This document shows positions 7,799-16,215 of a stretch of DNA of 32,000 bases, in pieces (position 1 is the stretch's first letter; every line of letters begins with the position of its first letter). Location: assembly GCA_000091165.1 (NCBI GenBank), contig FP565575.1, positions 2,580,001-2,612,000 of the forward strand, in the 5' to 3' direction. The translations under genes and the position numbers were made by a program. The DNA is from Candidatus Methylomirabilis oxygeniifera. Lineage in GTDB: Bacteria; Methylomirabilota; Methylomirabilia; Methylomirabilales; Methylomirabilaceae. The notes below the pieces were generated by a model. It saw only the letters and a program-made list of their open reading frames with translations, was not told where the DNA came from and did no database searches.

Positions 7799-10138
7799 AT
7801 GGAGACGACAACCGCCGACCAAAGCACATCGCGAGCCATGAAGGACCTCATGCAGCACGAGTGTACGGAATCGCAGCAGTCCCCCCTTCTCCCGCAAGCC
7901 AATCAGTATAAGACTCTTCGAATCGTCCTTATCAAACCCTCGCAATACGATGACGATGGATACGTGATCCGCTTTTGGAAAGCCGTGCTGCCCAGCAATA
8001 CTCTGAGCGTGCTCCAGGGCTTGACCGAAGATATCAAGAGGCGGCGCGTTTTTGGCGATATTACCATCCAGGTCGATACCTTTGATGAGGTAGCGGAAAA
8101 AGTCCCGGTGGCGCAGATCGCCAAATGGGATCGTCATCCTTCCACGAAGCTTGTGGTGTGCCTCGTCGGAGTCCAGACCCCCCAGTTCCCCAGGGCGCTC
8201 GAAATGGGGAAACAATTCCGCAAGTATGGGATTGACGTCATGATGGGCGGATTCCATACCAGCGGGACCATCAATATGCTTGGCGATCAGGGGTCGGACA
8301 TCCAGGAGCTTTATCGGGAATCGATCGTGGTTGTCTCCGGAGAGGTTGAAGGACATTGGGAGGGGATACTGGCCGATCTCCTCAACGGACAATTGAAACC
8401 CCTCTACTCCTTTGCGCAGAACCTGAAAGACCTTGTAAATATCGACAATGCCCCATTGCCCATCATCAGCCGCAAAACGATGAAGCACTTTGCCAGGCCC
8501 AATTTCGGGACCGTTGAAACATCTCGAGGCTGCCCATTTTCGTGCAGCTTTTGTACGATCATTAACGTGCAGGGTCGGATGATGCGTGAGCGCTCTCCGG
8601 AGGTCATCGCGGAGCTCGTTCGAAGAAATTACACCGAACATCAGATTGACTTTTACTTTTTCACTGACGATAACTTTGCCCGGAAGAAGTGGTGGCGCGA
8701 GACCTTTGAAGCGATCATCCGTCTGCGAGAGGAAGGGATCAAGATCTCCTTCATGATGCAGGTGGACCTGGCCCGTAAGCCGCAAGACTTCGTGCGTCTT
8801 GCAGCCGAGGCCGGCTGTACCCAGGTATTCGTCGGCATGGAGAGCGTCAATCCTGACAACATCAAAGCCCAAGGCAAGGGACAGAACAAGGTCGAGGAGT
8901 ATAGGGCTATTATCGGCGAGTGGCACGACGCCGGCGTCGCTGTTCACGTGGCCTATATTATCGGCATGCCCTTCGATACGAAGGCGCAGGTAGCCCTCGA
9001 CATGCAGTATCTTATTGATGAGATCCAACCGGATCAGGCCTCCTTCTTCATGCTGACACCGCTGCCGGGATCTCAGGATCACAAAGAAATGCAGCAACAG
9101 GGTGAGTGGATGGATCCCGATCTCAATAAGCGAGATTCTTTTCACGCCACAACCGCACACCCCAATATGACCTTCGAGGAATGGACCGCTGCGTATCAGG
9201 AGGCCTGGCGGGCGTTTTACAGTAAAGAGAATATGGCGAAGATCCTGGCGCGATGGCAGCACAACCCGAGGACGTACTGGAATCTCCTGAATGTCTACCT
9301 GTGGTACAAGAACGCGGCCCTGATCGAAAAGCAACATCCGATGGTGGCTGGATTTTTCCGCTTAAAGGACCGGCTAACGCGGAGACCGGGATGTTCGGTT
9401 GATCCGTTGCCGGTCCATCTCTGGAAGCGCACGAAAGAGGTGTACCGGCTGTTCGTGGCGTGGGCCCGATTCCTGAAGGAGATGGAAGAGGTCTGGCTTC
9501 AGTCCCGCCCTCGAACTGAAAGAGAAAGACGAGTCCTCGATGAGGTACAGCGGATCCAAGGAGAGATCTGGCAAACCCTAAAGGTTGCGGAGTGGCAAAA
9601 GGCGTATAGTGATGCCAAGGTGGCGCTGCCCTCCAAGGCTCGGGCCCTACTCGATCCCTTTGAAGAGCTCTCCTCCAAGATGTTGCTCAGTCGCAGGGAC
9701 CTGAATGTGTTCCTGAAGAAGTGGGGAAGCCTTCAGACCAAGATCCAGGCGCTGCGTCGCAGTTGGGTATGGGGGGACGGACCTGCCAAGAAATGGCTTG
9801 AGCAGCTCTATGCGCTCCATCGAGATGCCCGGCAGGGCATGAAGGTTCGTGAATGGCAAGAGGTCTACTCCGGCTTCAGGGGAAGGCTCCCATCACGACT
9901 GGATCTGCTCTATGCCAGGTTTGATGCGTTGAGCAACCGGATTGTCTGTTCCCGACAGGATCTTAGCGCGTGCTGGGCGAGAACACGGGGGCATCTTGGT
10001 GAAATGCGGATCTGGCATCTCCATCTCTCCGCGCTGGCGGTTGCCTGCTTTAAGGAGTTATTTCTGACAATGACATTCGCTCGGAGCCTCTTTGCATCGA
10101 TTCGCCAAAAAGGCAAGGATACTACAGCATCGACTTGA
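7799..10138 (+). CDS. B12-binding-like / radical SAM protein with a long C-terminal extension
   Basis: Radical SAM motif SRGCPFSCSFC (CxxxCxxC); N-terminal segment GVQTPQFPRALEMGKQFRKYGIDVMMGGFHTSG typical of a B12-binding-like fold; long Arg/Trp-rich helical C-terminus. Confidence 0.85.
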   Translation: METTTADQSTSRAMKDLMQHECTESQQSPLLPQANQYKTLRIVLIKPSQYDDDGYVIRFWKAVLPSNTLSVLQGLTEDIKRRRVFGDITIQVDTFDEVAEKVPVAQIAKWDRHPSTKLVVCLVGVQTPQFPRALEMGKQFRKYGIDVMMGGFHTSGTINMLGDQGSDIQELYRESIVVVSGEVEGHWEGILADLLNGQLKPLYSFAQNLKDLVNIDNAPLPIISRKTMKHFARPNFGTVETSRGCPFSCSFCTIINVQGRMMRERSPEVIAELVRRNYTEHQIDFYFFTDDNFARKKWWRETFEAIIRLREEGIKISFMMQVDLARKPQDFVRLAAEAGCTQVFVGMESVNPDNIKAQGKGQNKVEEYRAIIGEWHDAGVAVHVAYIIGMPFDTKAQVALDMQYLIDEIQPDQASFFMLTPLPGSQDHKEMQQQGEWMDPDLNKRDSFHATTAHPNMTFEEWTAAYQEAWRAFYSKENMAKILARWQHNPRTYWNLLNVYLWYKNAALIEKQHPMVAGFFRLKDRLTRRPGCSVDPLPVHLWKRTKEVYRLFVAWARFLKEMEEVWLQSRPRTERERRVLDEVQRIQGEIWQTLKVAEWQKAYSDAKVALPSKARALLDPFEELSSKMLLSRRDLNVFLKKWGSLQTKIQALRRSWVWGDGPAKKWLEQLYALHRDARQGMKVREWQEVYSGFRGRLPSRLDLLYARFDALSNRIVCSRQDLSACWARTRGHLGEMRIWHLHLSALAVACFKELFLTMTFARSLFASIRQKGKDTTAST

Positions 10139-10163
10139 TGTACGCAGCAAGTCGAATATATAA

Positions 10164-10198
10164 AAAAGCCCCCGCGTAGGAATTTCGCGGGGGCTTTT
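10164..10198. terminator. Bidirectional intrinsic terminator
   Basis: 13-bp perfect stem AAAAGCCCCCGCG / CGCGGGGGCTTTT with a 9-nt loop TAGGAATTT, between convergent genes. Confidence 0.93.
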
Positions 10199-10207
10199 CT
10201 CATTCTT

Positions 10208-10242
10208 CGCTGAAAGCTGTCTGCTGACAGCCGACAGCTTAG
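10208..10242. repeat. 7-nt tandem repeat, AGCTGAC-like class
   Basis: CGCTGAA AGCTGTC TGCTGAC AGCCGAC AGCTTAG; overlaps the minus-strand stop codon at 10239-10241. Confidence 0.8.
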
Positions 10243-11219
10243 TTGTCTGCCTGATTGATGGCCGCAAGCCGCCAGGGGTTCGGTCCTACCGGGCGCGTCA
10301 CGGTCCAGTATTCCTCAAACTTCACAGGGTCGGTGCGACTGCCGTCCACTACCTGAGACGTCCCCTCATCCACCGTGTAATCGAGGAGATTCGCCAAAAA
10401 CCGCACAGTCACATAATCCTGTCCCTGCTCCTGCCACGCTTCAGTCAGTTCGACGGAGCGAACCGCGATATTTTCGAGGCGATTGATCTTCCGTTCGTTC
10501 CTCAGCCGCATCACATCGGCGCCAAGCTGAGTGTGCATCTCTGGCGTGAGGATCGTGCGGATCGGTTCAAGATCGCGATTCCCCCAAGCCGCCTGAACCT
10601 TGAAGAAGAGATCGGTGCATATCTCTCTGAGGCGTCCTGTCTCAAAACCAGGGTCCATCTGGCGAATGTGGGCCATCCCCTGGTCCAGATCGCCTTCTTG
10701 GACCATTGTTGCTTGGCCGGCCGCCGCCCCCTGGTAGCGTTCGGGCTCACGTTCAGCCGACCACGTACGCTGATGCTGATATGGCGCTTCGATGAGGGCC
10801 GGCCGCGATCTCTGCTTCACCACCCAGTAGATCGCCAAGCCGATCCCGCCCAGGATCACCAGGTCCATCAAACCGAATCCTCCGCCCATGCCGCCAAAGC
10901 CGGCGAAGCCTAAGCTCCGAAACAACATGCCGCCGAGAAGTCCGCCAAGCAGGCCTCCAGCCATGCTCCGCATAAATCCACCTCCTCCGAATGGGGAGGA
11001 CGCCGGGGCTGCGAGGGGGGATTGCGTCTCAGGTCGTGGCTGGGATGGCGTTGTCGGTCTAGAGTAGTTACGGCTTGGGCTGGAGTAGCTGCGAAAGCCA
11101 CGACTTCCAAAGCTGCGGCCGCCGCCTGCCCTCGCCCATGCGTCGAACTCAGTGGCCAGCAGCGTGAAGACCACCGCAAGAATGATGAACCCTAAGCACT
11201 GTCCGTATTTCCGTGTCAT
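10239..11219 (-). CDS. Tim44-like domain membrane/exported protein
   Basis: N-terminal hydrophobic segment, GGGRSFGSRGFRSYS, Gly-rich FGGMGGGFGLMDLVILGGIGLAIYWVVKQR, then a Tim44/MRP-L45-like domain (FFKVQAAWGNRDLEPIRTILTPEM); SD GGAGG before ATG 11219. Confidence 0.8.
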   Translation of the reverse strand: MTRKYGQCLGFIILAVVFTLLATEFDAWARAGGGRSFGSRGFRSYSSPSRNYSRPTTPSQPRPETQSPLAAPASSPFGGGGFMRSMAGGLLGGLLGGMLFRSLGFAGFGGMGGGFGLMDLVILGGIGLAIYWVVKQRSRPALIEAPYQHQRTWSAEREPERYQGAAAGQATMVQEGDLDQGMAHIRQMDPGFETGRLREICTDLFFKVQAAWGNRDLEPIRTILTPEMHTQLGADVMRLRNERKINRLENIAVRSVELTEAWQEQGQDYVTVRFLANLLDYTVDEGTSQVVDGSRTDPVKFEEYWTVTRPVGPNPWRLAAINQADN

Positions 11220-11355
11220 ACAACCTCCTCCCGTTGCTGAACCCCACACCGTGGGCCTTAATCTTCAGACCCTTCGTTCATTATCAGTGATCCTTCCCAG
11301 GGGTGCAAGCAAAAAGCGGTCCCCCAAGAACAGCGATAGAAATGCCTAGCATCCA

Positions 11356-11390
11356 CCACCAATACCCGTTATGGGTATTGGTGGTTATTT
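11356..11390. terminator. Hairpin, terminator-like
   Basis: 12-bp perfect stem CCACCAATACCC / GGGTATTGGTGG, loop GTTAT, followed by TTATTTT. Lies in the 5' region of the Tim44-domain gene and downstream of convergent/tandem units. Confidence 0.6.
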
Positions 11391-11440
11391 TGGACAACAG
11401 TAAAGTTGCATAGAGACTTCGCCCTTTATGCTTCGACAAC

Positions 11441-11468
11441 TAGGGCATAGGGTGTAGGGGGTAGGGTG
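11441..11468. repeat. 7-nt tandem repeat, TAGGGTG class (4 units)
   Basis: TAGGGCA TAGGGTG TAGGGGG TAGGGTG, exact register. Confidence 0.9.
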
Positions 11469-11518
11469 TGCGATAAGTGCCGGACATTGGCTTTCCTCCC
11501 AATCCCTATACCCTGTCT

Positions 11519-12406
11519 TTATGCCCGCGGATGGTAGCGGTTGTAGACCGTCTTCAGGTGCGCCCTGGAGACGTGTGTGTAGATCTGTGTCGTCGAGATA
11601 TCGGCATGACCCAACATCATCTGGACTGCCCGGAGGTCGGCGCCGCGCTCGAGCAGGTGCGTGGCAAATGAATGGCGAAGCGTGTGGGGGGTGACTCGCC
11701 GGTCAATCCCCGCCGCTATCGCATACGCGCGGAGGAGCTTCCAGAAACCTTGGCGCGTCAACGGGTACCCGAAGCGATTGAGGAACAGTGTAGAGCTTGA
11801 CCATCCTCTTTGAAGATATGGCCGTGATGTCTCAAGATACCGGCGAACTGCCGTCTGGGCATCGCGCCCTAACGGCACCACGCGGTCTTTCCCGCCCTTG
11901 CCTTGACAATGCACATAGCCCACCTCCAGGTCTACTTCGGACAGCCGGAGAGTCACCATCTCCGATACGCGCAGGCCGGCCGCGTACAACAGTTCCAGCA
12001 TGGCCTTGTCACGAAGACCCAGAGGATTGCTGGTGAGCGGCGCCGCCAGCAGTCGCTCCACCTCCTCCTGGCTCAGCACGCCGGGCAGACGCACCCAGGG
12101 ACTCGACGACTCGAGGTGCGCGGTAGGATCCTCTTTTACATGATCCTGCGTCAGCAGGTACCGGTATAGACCCCGCAGCGACGAGGTGTGGCGCGAGACC
12201 GTGCGGGGCGCCAGCCCCGCCTCTCGAAGCGTTAAGAGCAGGCGCGCAACCTGCCCGCGGCTGACCTCCCGGAATGAACCGACCCCGCCCTGCTTGAAGT
12301 AGCCGACTATCCGGCGCAGGTCCCTCCCATACGCCGCCAGACTGTTCTCTGCCAGCCCCTTCTCGACCGCCAGATACCTCAAGTAGTCCTCGATCAGATT
12401 GTCCAT
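11519..12406 (-). CDS. xerD: Tyrosine recombinase XerD
   Basis: 295 aa; HTLRHSFATHLLERGADLRAVQMMLGHADISTTQIYTHVS; R/H/R/H/Y catalytic set. Confidence 0.92.
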   Translation of the reverse strand: MDNLIEDYLRYLAVEKGLAENSLAAYGRDLRRIVGYFKQGGVGSFREVSRGQVARLLLTLREAGLAPRTVSRHTSSLRGLYRYLLTQDHVKEDPTAHLESSSPWVRLPGVLSQEEVERLLAAPLTSNPLGLRDKAMLELLYAAGLRVSEMVTLRLSEVDLEVGYVHCQGKGGKDRVVPLGRDAQTAVRRYLETSRPYLQRGWSSSTLFLNRFGYPLTRQGFWKLLRAYAIAAGIDRRVTPHTLRHSFATHLLERGADLRAVQMMLGHADISTTQIYTHVSRAHLKTVYNRYHPRA

Positions 12407-13575
12407 GATGAGCCAGGGTGTAGGGTGTAGGGTGTAGGGTGTAGGAGCTGCTCATAAGCTTCAACGAGCTGAATGGCCGAGGCTTCGGCTGTCATCTGCA
12501 TCGCCTTCACCAGGCCCTGCTCGGCGTAGCGAGTCAGGCTTGTCCCATCGTGAAGCAGCGTGAGCAAGCGCCGGATGAAATCGTCCTCGGCGTCATTGGC
12601 CAGCGCTCCATTCGTCCCATCGACGATGAAATCTGAGGTGCCGACAGACCGAACCGCCAGCACAGGGAGCCCGTGCGCCATCGCCTCCAACACAACCAGG
12701 CCCTGGGTCTCTGAAACCGACGGAAAGACAAAAAGGTCCGAAGCCCGATACCAGCAGCCCACAGCCTGATGCGGGACCGGGCCCACGAATCGGACGTGGT
12801 CGGCGACTCCTAGATGGGCAGCCAGTTGCTGCAATGAGTGCTGCTCATCCCCCTCCCCGACTACCAATAGTGTGATGTCGGGCACAACCCGAGTGACGCT
12901 ATGGACCGCCCGCAAGAGCCGCCCGAGATTCTTTTCCCTGGCCAGCCGCCCCACGTACAGGAGGATCGGCCCGACCTCCGACACGCCTAGGCGGCGCCGA
13001 ATCTGGGCCTTCGATTCCTCCGACTCCCCCGGCGGCTCGATCCCTGTTGGAATGACTTCAATGGGAGCGGTGACCCCGCGGTTCCACAGTCGCTCCCGCA
13101 CCCCTGACGTCGGCGCGATGACCAGATCGGCCTGGTTGGCGAAGACGTAGCTCCTGGTCTCCGCGAGCCGGGCAGCCAGGGACGAGATGACCGGCAGGTA
13201 ATGGGCATAATGCTCATACAGTGTATGGTAGGTGAACACAAATGGGATTCCCAGTCGGCGGGCCAGTCGGCGGGCGTAGGGCCCGACAAGAAACGGGTGG
13301 TGGGTGTGGATGATCTGGAGACCAAGACGTGGAATCAGACGATGGAGTCCCACGGCGACGGCTGGGATCGGTAAGGCATAGCGGTGATGGGTCGGCACGC
13401 GCAACGATGGGAACCGGTAGGTATCGGGCTCCACATCTCGGCAGTCGGGGTAACGCGGCGCAAAGACGAAGACCCGATGGCCAAGCCGACGCAGGTGACA
13501 CGCGAATTGTTGAATAGAGACAGCGAGACCGTTGAGCAGTGGCGAGGCGTTGCAGGTGAAAAATCCGATCGTCAC
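12394..13575 (-). CDS. GT4-type (GT-B fold) glycosyltransferase
   Basis: GFFTCNASPLLNGLAVSIQQFACHLRRLGHRVFVFAP...; LYVGRLAREKNLGRLLRAV; FPSVSETQGLVVLEAMAHGLPVLA. Likely start GTG 13575; the ORF-track start at 13629 lies in a repeat. Confidence 0.88.
   Translation of the reverse strand: MTIGFFTCNASPLLNGLAVSIQQFACHLRRLGHRVFVFAPRYPDCRDVEPDTYRFPSLRVPTHHRYALPIPAVAVGLHRLIPRLGLQIIHTHHPFLVGPYARRLARRLGIPFVFTYHTLYEHYAHYLPVISSLAARLAETRSYVFANQADLVIAPTSGVRERLWNRGVTAPIEVIPTGIEPPGESEESKAQIRRRLGVSEVGPILLYVGRLAREKNLGRLLRAVHSVTRVVPDITLLVVGEGDEQHSLQQLAAHLGVADHVRFVGPVPHQAVGCWYRASDLFVFPSVSETQGLVVLEAMAHGLPVLAVRSVGTSDFIVDGTNGALANDAEDDFIRRLLTLLHDGTSLTRYAEQGLVKAMQMTAEASAIQLVEAYEQLLHPTPYTLHPGSSWTI
12414..12448. repeat. 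7-nt tandem repeat, TAGGGTG class (5 units)
   Basis: CAGGGTG TAGGGTG TAGGGTG TAGGGTG TAGGAGC, three units identical. Confidence 0.93.
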
Positions 13576-13579
13576 CGAA

Positions 13580-13644
13580 GTTCCGGGTTTCGGGTTTTGC
13601 GTTTCGGGTTGACTCGAAACTCTGGACACGCAACTCGAAACTTC
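13580..13644. repeat. 7-nt tandem repeat with orientation switch, GTTTCGG/CGAAACT class
   Basis: GTTCCGG GTTTCGG GTTTTGC GTTTCGG GTTGACT | CGAAACT CTGGACA CGCAACT CGAAACT. Confidence 0.85.
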
Positions 13645-15217
13645 ATTTGCGGGTAGTCTCCGTATGCGTGATGGAGATGCCCAGGGCCAGGCGAGCCTGC
13701 ATGTAAAGCTGTGCCGTGGCCATCAGGACATAGTTGTGCAGGTTGACCGGCGTGAAGGTAAGGCGAGACCACTCAAAAAGTTTCCTGGCCTGCCGCCAAC
13801 GGTGAGGCGGTTGCTGATGAATGATCGGCTTCAGCGTGTGGGGGACCAGCACCATGCTCAGGAGCATCGAAGCGGTCAGTACAATCGTCTGGAACTGGAG
13901 ATTAAAAGCGGCGAGCGGACTCACGCACAGGCTTTTGCTCCCGATCCGTAAGGCGAGTACATCGGGCGAAAGGAATACCTGAAACGGCCACAACTCTCTG
14001 ACGCAGGGGCTGATCCAGGAGATCAGAATCAGTTGCGCCGGCAAAAAGACCATAAGGGGCGGCATGGCGTTGGCAAATAGCGCTCGAAGCGCCAGGAATA
14101 ACCTTCGCTTGAGCAGCGGCACCCGCACGTCGTCAAATCTTCGCGCATAATTGACGACGAATTTGACGTCTACGGCGCCGCGGGCCCAACGGGCGATCTG
14201 GCTCCACGACTCTCTGGTGGTGAGCGGCGCCTGTCCCCAGGTCGGCATTTTGATAGGGGCGACGCGAAACCCTTCCATCACGACCTTGTACCTGAACTGC
14301 ATATCCTCGTTGTGACGATTCGGTTCAAAGTAGTCCACCGCGCGGAAATCACGGAAGGGGAGGCTTGTTCCCGGACCCAGGACCAGATAGTCGCCGGTAG
14401 TCTGCATCTTTCCCAACTGATACAGAACGAACCCGGAGTTGTGCAGGCGAGGCAGCATCGGCACCTTCCAGTAGTTCGAGGTGTAGGTGGTCAGTGACTG
14501 CAGGACGACCCCTCGGTCCCCCCTGGTCATCGCGCGTTCCGCTTCCTGCCGATGGCTATGCTCCCGGAAGGCAAGATCCTGTGGATGCAGAATTGTGTCG
14601 GCATCGATGATCAGAATCTTCAGATTCTCATCCCGCAGCGTCCCGTCATCGATCAGCCGCGCGAGATACCGGCCTGCTGTACTGATCGACGTTGCCTTGC
14701 ATCTGTTCATGATCCCGTCGGTGGGATAGGTGAGCAGTCGGATTCTGAAGGTCTGCTCAAACGTCGGGATGAGATCGTCCAGCGCTTGAAGCGTCTCTCC
14801 ATCTTCCGCTTCCACGATCGGTATCAGGGTGATGTGCCCGTGCGGGTAGCGCTGCCGCTCGATCGAACGCATCGCCTGAAACAGCACGCGGCGGTTACTC
14901 TCCCGCTTCAAAGGCATGAGGATCGCATAATGACTGAAGGGGCGGCCGGAGGTATCGAGCCTGCTGTGCCAGTCGGTCTCCATGTTGGTCAGCAGCTCCT
15001 GTCGCGTCTTGTGGGCGCGGACCTGATTGATGATCAGGTAGCCGATCCAGATGGTGATAACGGCAAATCGAAAGACCTCGGCCCAAAACGGATCGTCAGG
15101 AAGATATCGGAGGAGCGGGTAGATTGAGAGGAGCAGAAGGGTCGTAAGAATAGGAAGAATATCTAAGGCCCGCTCGAACACTCGGGCTGTAAAAGTGGGG
15201 TTACTGCTGTACGTCAT
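13643..15217 (-). CDS. Membrane glycosyltransferase (GT2-like)
   Basis: N-terminal TM pair, HYAILMPLKRESNRRVLFQAMRSIERQRYP, IIDADT (DxD-like), C-terminal TM segments. Start ATG 15217 (MTYSSNP) preferred. Confidence 0.8.
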   Translation of the reverse strand: MTYSSNPTFTARVFERALDILPILTTLLLLSIYPLLRYLPDDPFWAEVFRFAVITIWIGYLIINQVRAHKTRQELLTNMETDWHSRLDTSGRPFSHYAILMPLKRESNRRVLFQAMRSIERQRYPHGHITLIPIVEAEDGETLQALDDLIPTFEQTFRIRLLTYPTDGIMNRCKATSISTAGRYLARLIDDGTLRDENLKILIIDADTILHPQDLAFREHSHRQEAERAMTRGDRGVVLQSLTTYTSNYWKVPMLPRLHNSGFVLYQLGKMQTTGDYLVLGPGTSLPFRDFRAVDYFEPNRHNEDMQFRYKVVMEGFRVAPIKMPTWGQAPLTTRESWSQIARWARGAVDVKFVVNYARRFDDVRVPLLKRRLFLALRALFANAMPPLMVFLPAQLILISWISPCVRELWPFQVFLSPDVLALRIGSKSLCVSPLAAFNLQFQTIVLTASMLLSMVLVPHTLKPIIHQQPPHRWRQARKLFEWSRLTFTPVNLHNYVLMATAQLYMQARLALGISITHTETTRK

Positions 15218-15281
15218 TGTATGCTCCCAGGTGGAATTTCTACACGAGTCACGGCGGGGTGTCAACACCTTGCCGCTGATG

Positions 15282-16070
15282 TTACCCGAAGAGACCCAGA
15301 TACCAGTCGATCACCTCATCACCGACAAACAGAGCAACGACTGCGCCGAGCGCTAAAAACGGCCCGAACGGGATCCGGTCCTTCCGCGACAGCACACGGG
15401 ATGCTATCAGCGCCAACGAAAGACAGGCGCCAGCGATGACCGCGACGCCAAAAGAGACGAGCATGAGGCGCCACCCGAGGAAGGCGCCGATCATGCTCAG
15501 CAGGTTCACATCACCGCCGCCCATGCTCTCTTGCTGAAAGGCTACCTCTGCATATACCGCAACCAGATAGACCAGTCCGGCACCGACCAGCGCTCCCGTC
15601 GCGGCTTCAAACGGAGGCGGATCGAAGGTTAGGAGGCTTGCGACGAGCCCGATCGGTATACCGGGAAGACTGAGGATATGGGGAATGATGCCATGGTCCA
15701 GATCGATGAATGTGATCACCACCAATACTGAGAGGAAAAGAAGGAGGAACACTGTTCGGGTGGCAATGCCGAAGTGTAAGACCGTCGTAAAGTAAAGGCC
15801 TGCGGTTAGCCCTTCTACAAGCGGGTAACGCCAGGGAATCGGTGTCTTACACCGACGGCATCGACCCGCAAGCAGGAGAAAGCTGATAATGGGGATATTG
15901 TCGGACCATTTGACCGGCGCATTGCACTGAGGACAGTGCGATCCGGGAAAGACGAGGGATTCGTCGCGTGGGATACGCCAAATACAGACATTCAGGAAAC
16001 TTCCGACCACGAGCCCCAGGGGGATGGTCAAGAGTATTGCTAAGCCTTCTAGTGACAGATTACCCGGCAA
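15282..16070 (-). CDS. pilD: Type IV prepilin peptidase
   Basis: GSFLNVCIWRIP, CPQC...CRRC zinc motif, FIDLDHGIIPHILSLPGIPIG, GGGDVNLLSMIGAFLG catalytic motifs. Confidence 0.95.
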   Translation of the reverse strand: MPGNLSLEGLAILLTIPLGLVVGSFLNVCIWRIPRDESLVFPGSHCPQCNAPVKWSDNIPIISFLLLAGRCRRCKTPIPWRYPLVEGLTAGLYFTTVLHFGIATRTVFLLLFLSVLVVITFIDLDHGIIPHILSLPGIPIGLVASLLTFDPPPFEAATGALVGAGLVYLVAVYAEVAFQQESMGGGDVNLLSMIGAFLGWRLMLVSFGVAVIAGACLSLALIASRVLSRKDRIPFGPFLALGAVVALFVGDEVIDWYLGLFG

Positions 16071-16215
16071 GAGAGGCCGACCTTAGGTTAGGGCGAGGTC
16101 CAGGACCCGCCAAGGAGATTGAGTCGTAGCCCGATACAAGAATCCACCATCGACATGATCTGTAGAATAGCAGTTCCTGGGTAGGTTACCAACTCTAAAG
16201 CTGTGACGAAGGGGC

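Noticed and set aside
12414-12448. Possible telomere-like sequence (TAGGGTG)
   Set aside because: Internal to a gene block and short; the resemblance to TTAGGG is superficial and no chromosome end is expected.
12009-12464. 151-aa minus-strand ORF starting with SSSYTLHPTPYTL
   Set aside because: The start is the heptad array and the rest is antiparallel-frame shadow of xerD.
16071-16215. Possible c-di-GMP riboswitch or other structured RNA upstream of pilD
   Set aside because: I could not find the conserved GEMM core (paired tetraloop/receptor and GGTTACC-type elements) on either strand. Only an Rfam/Infernal search could settle it.
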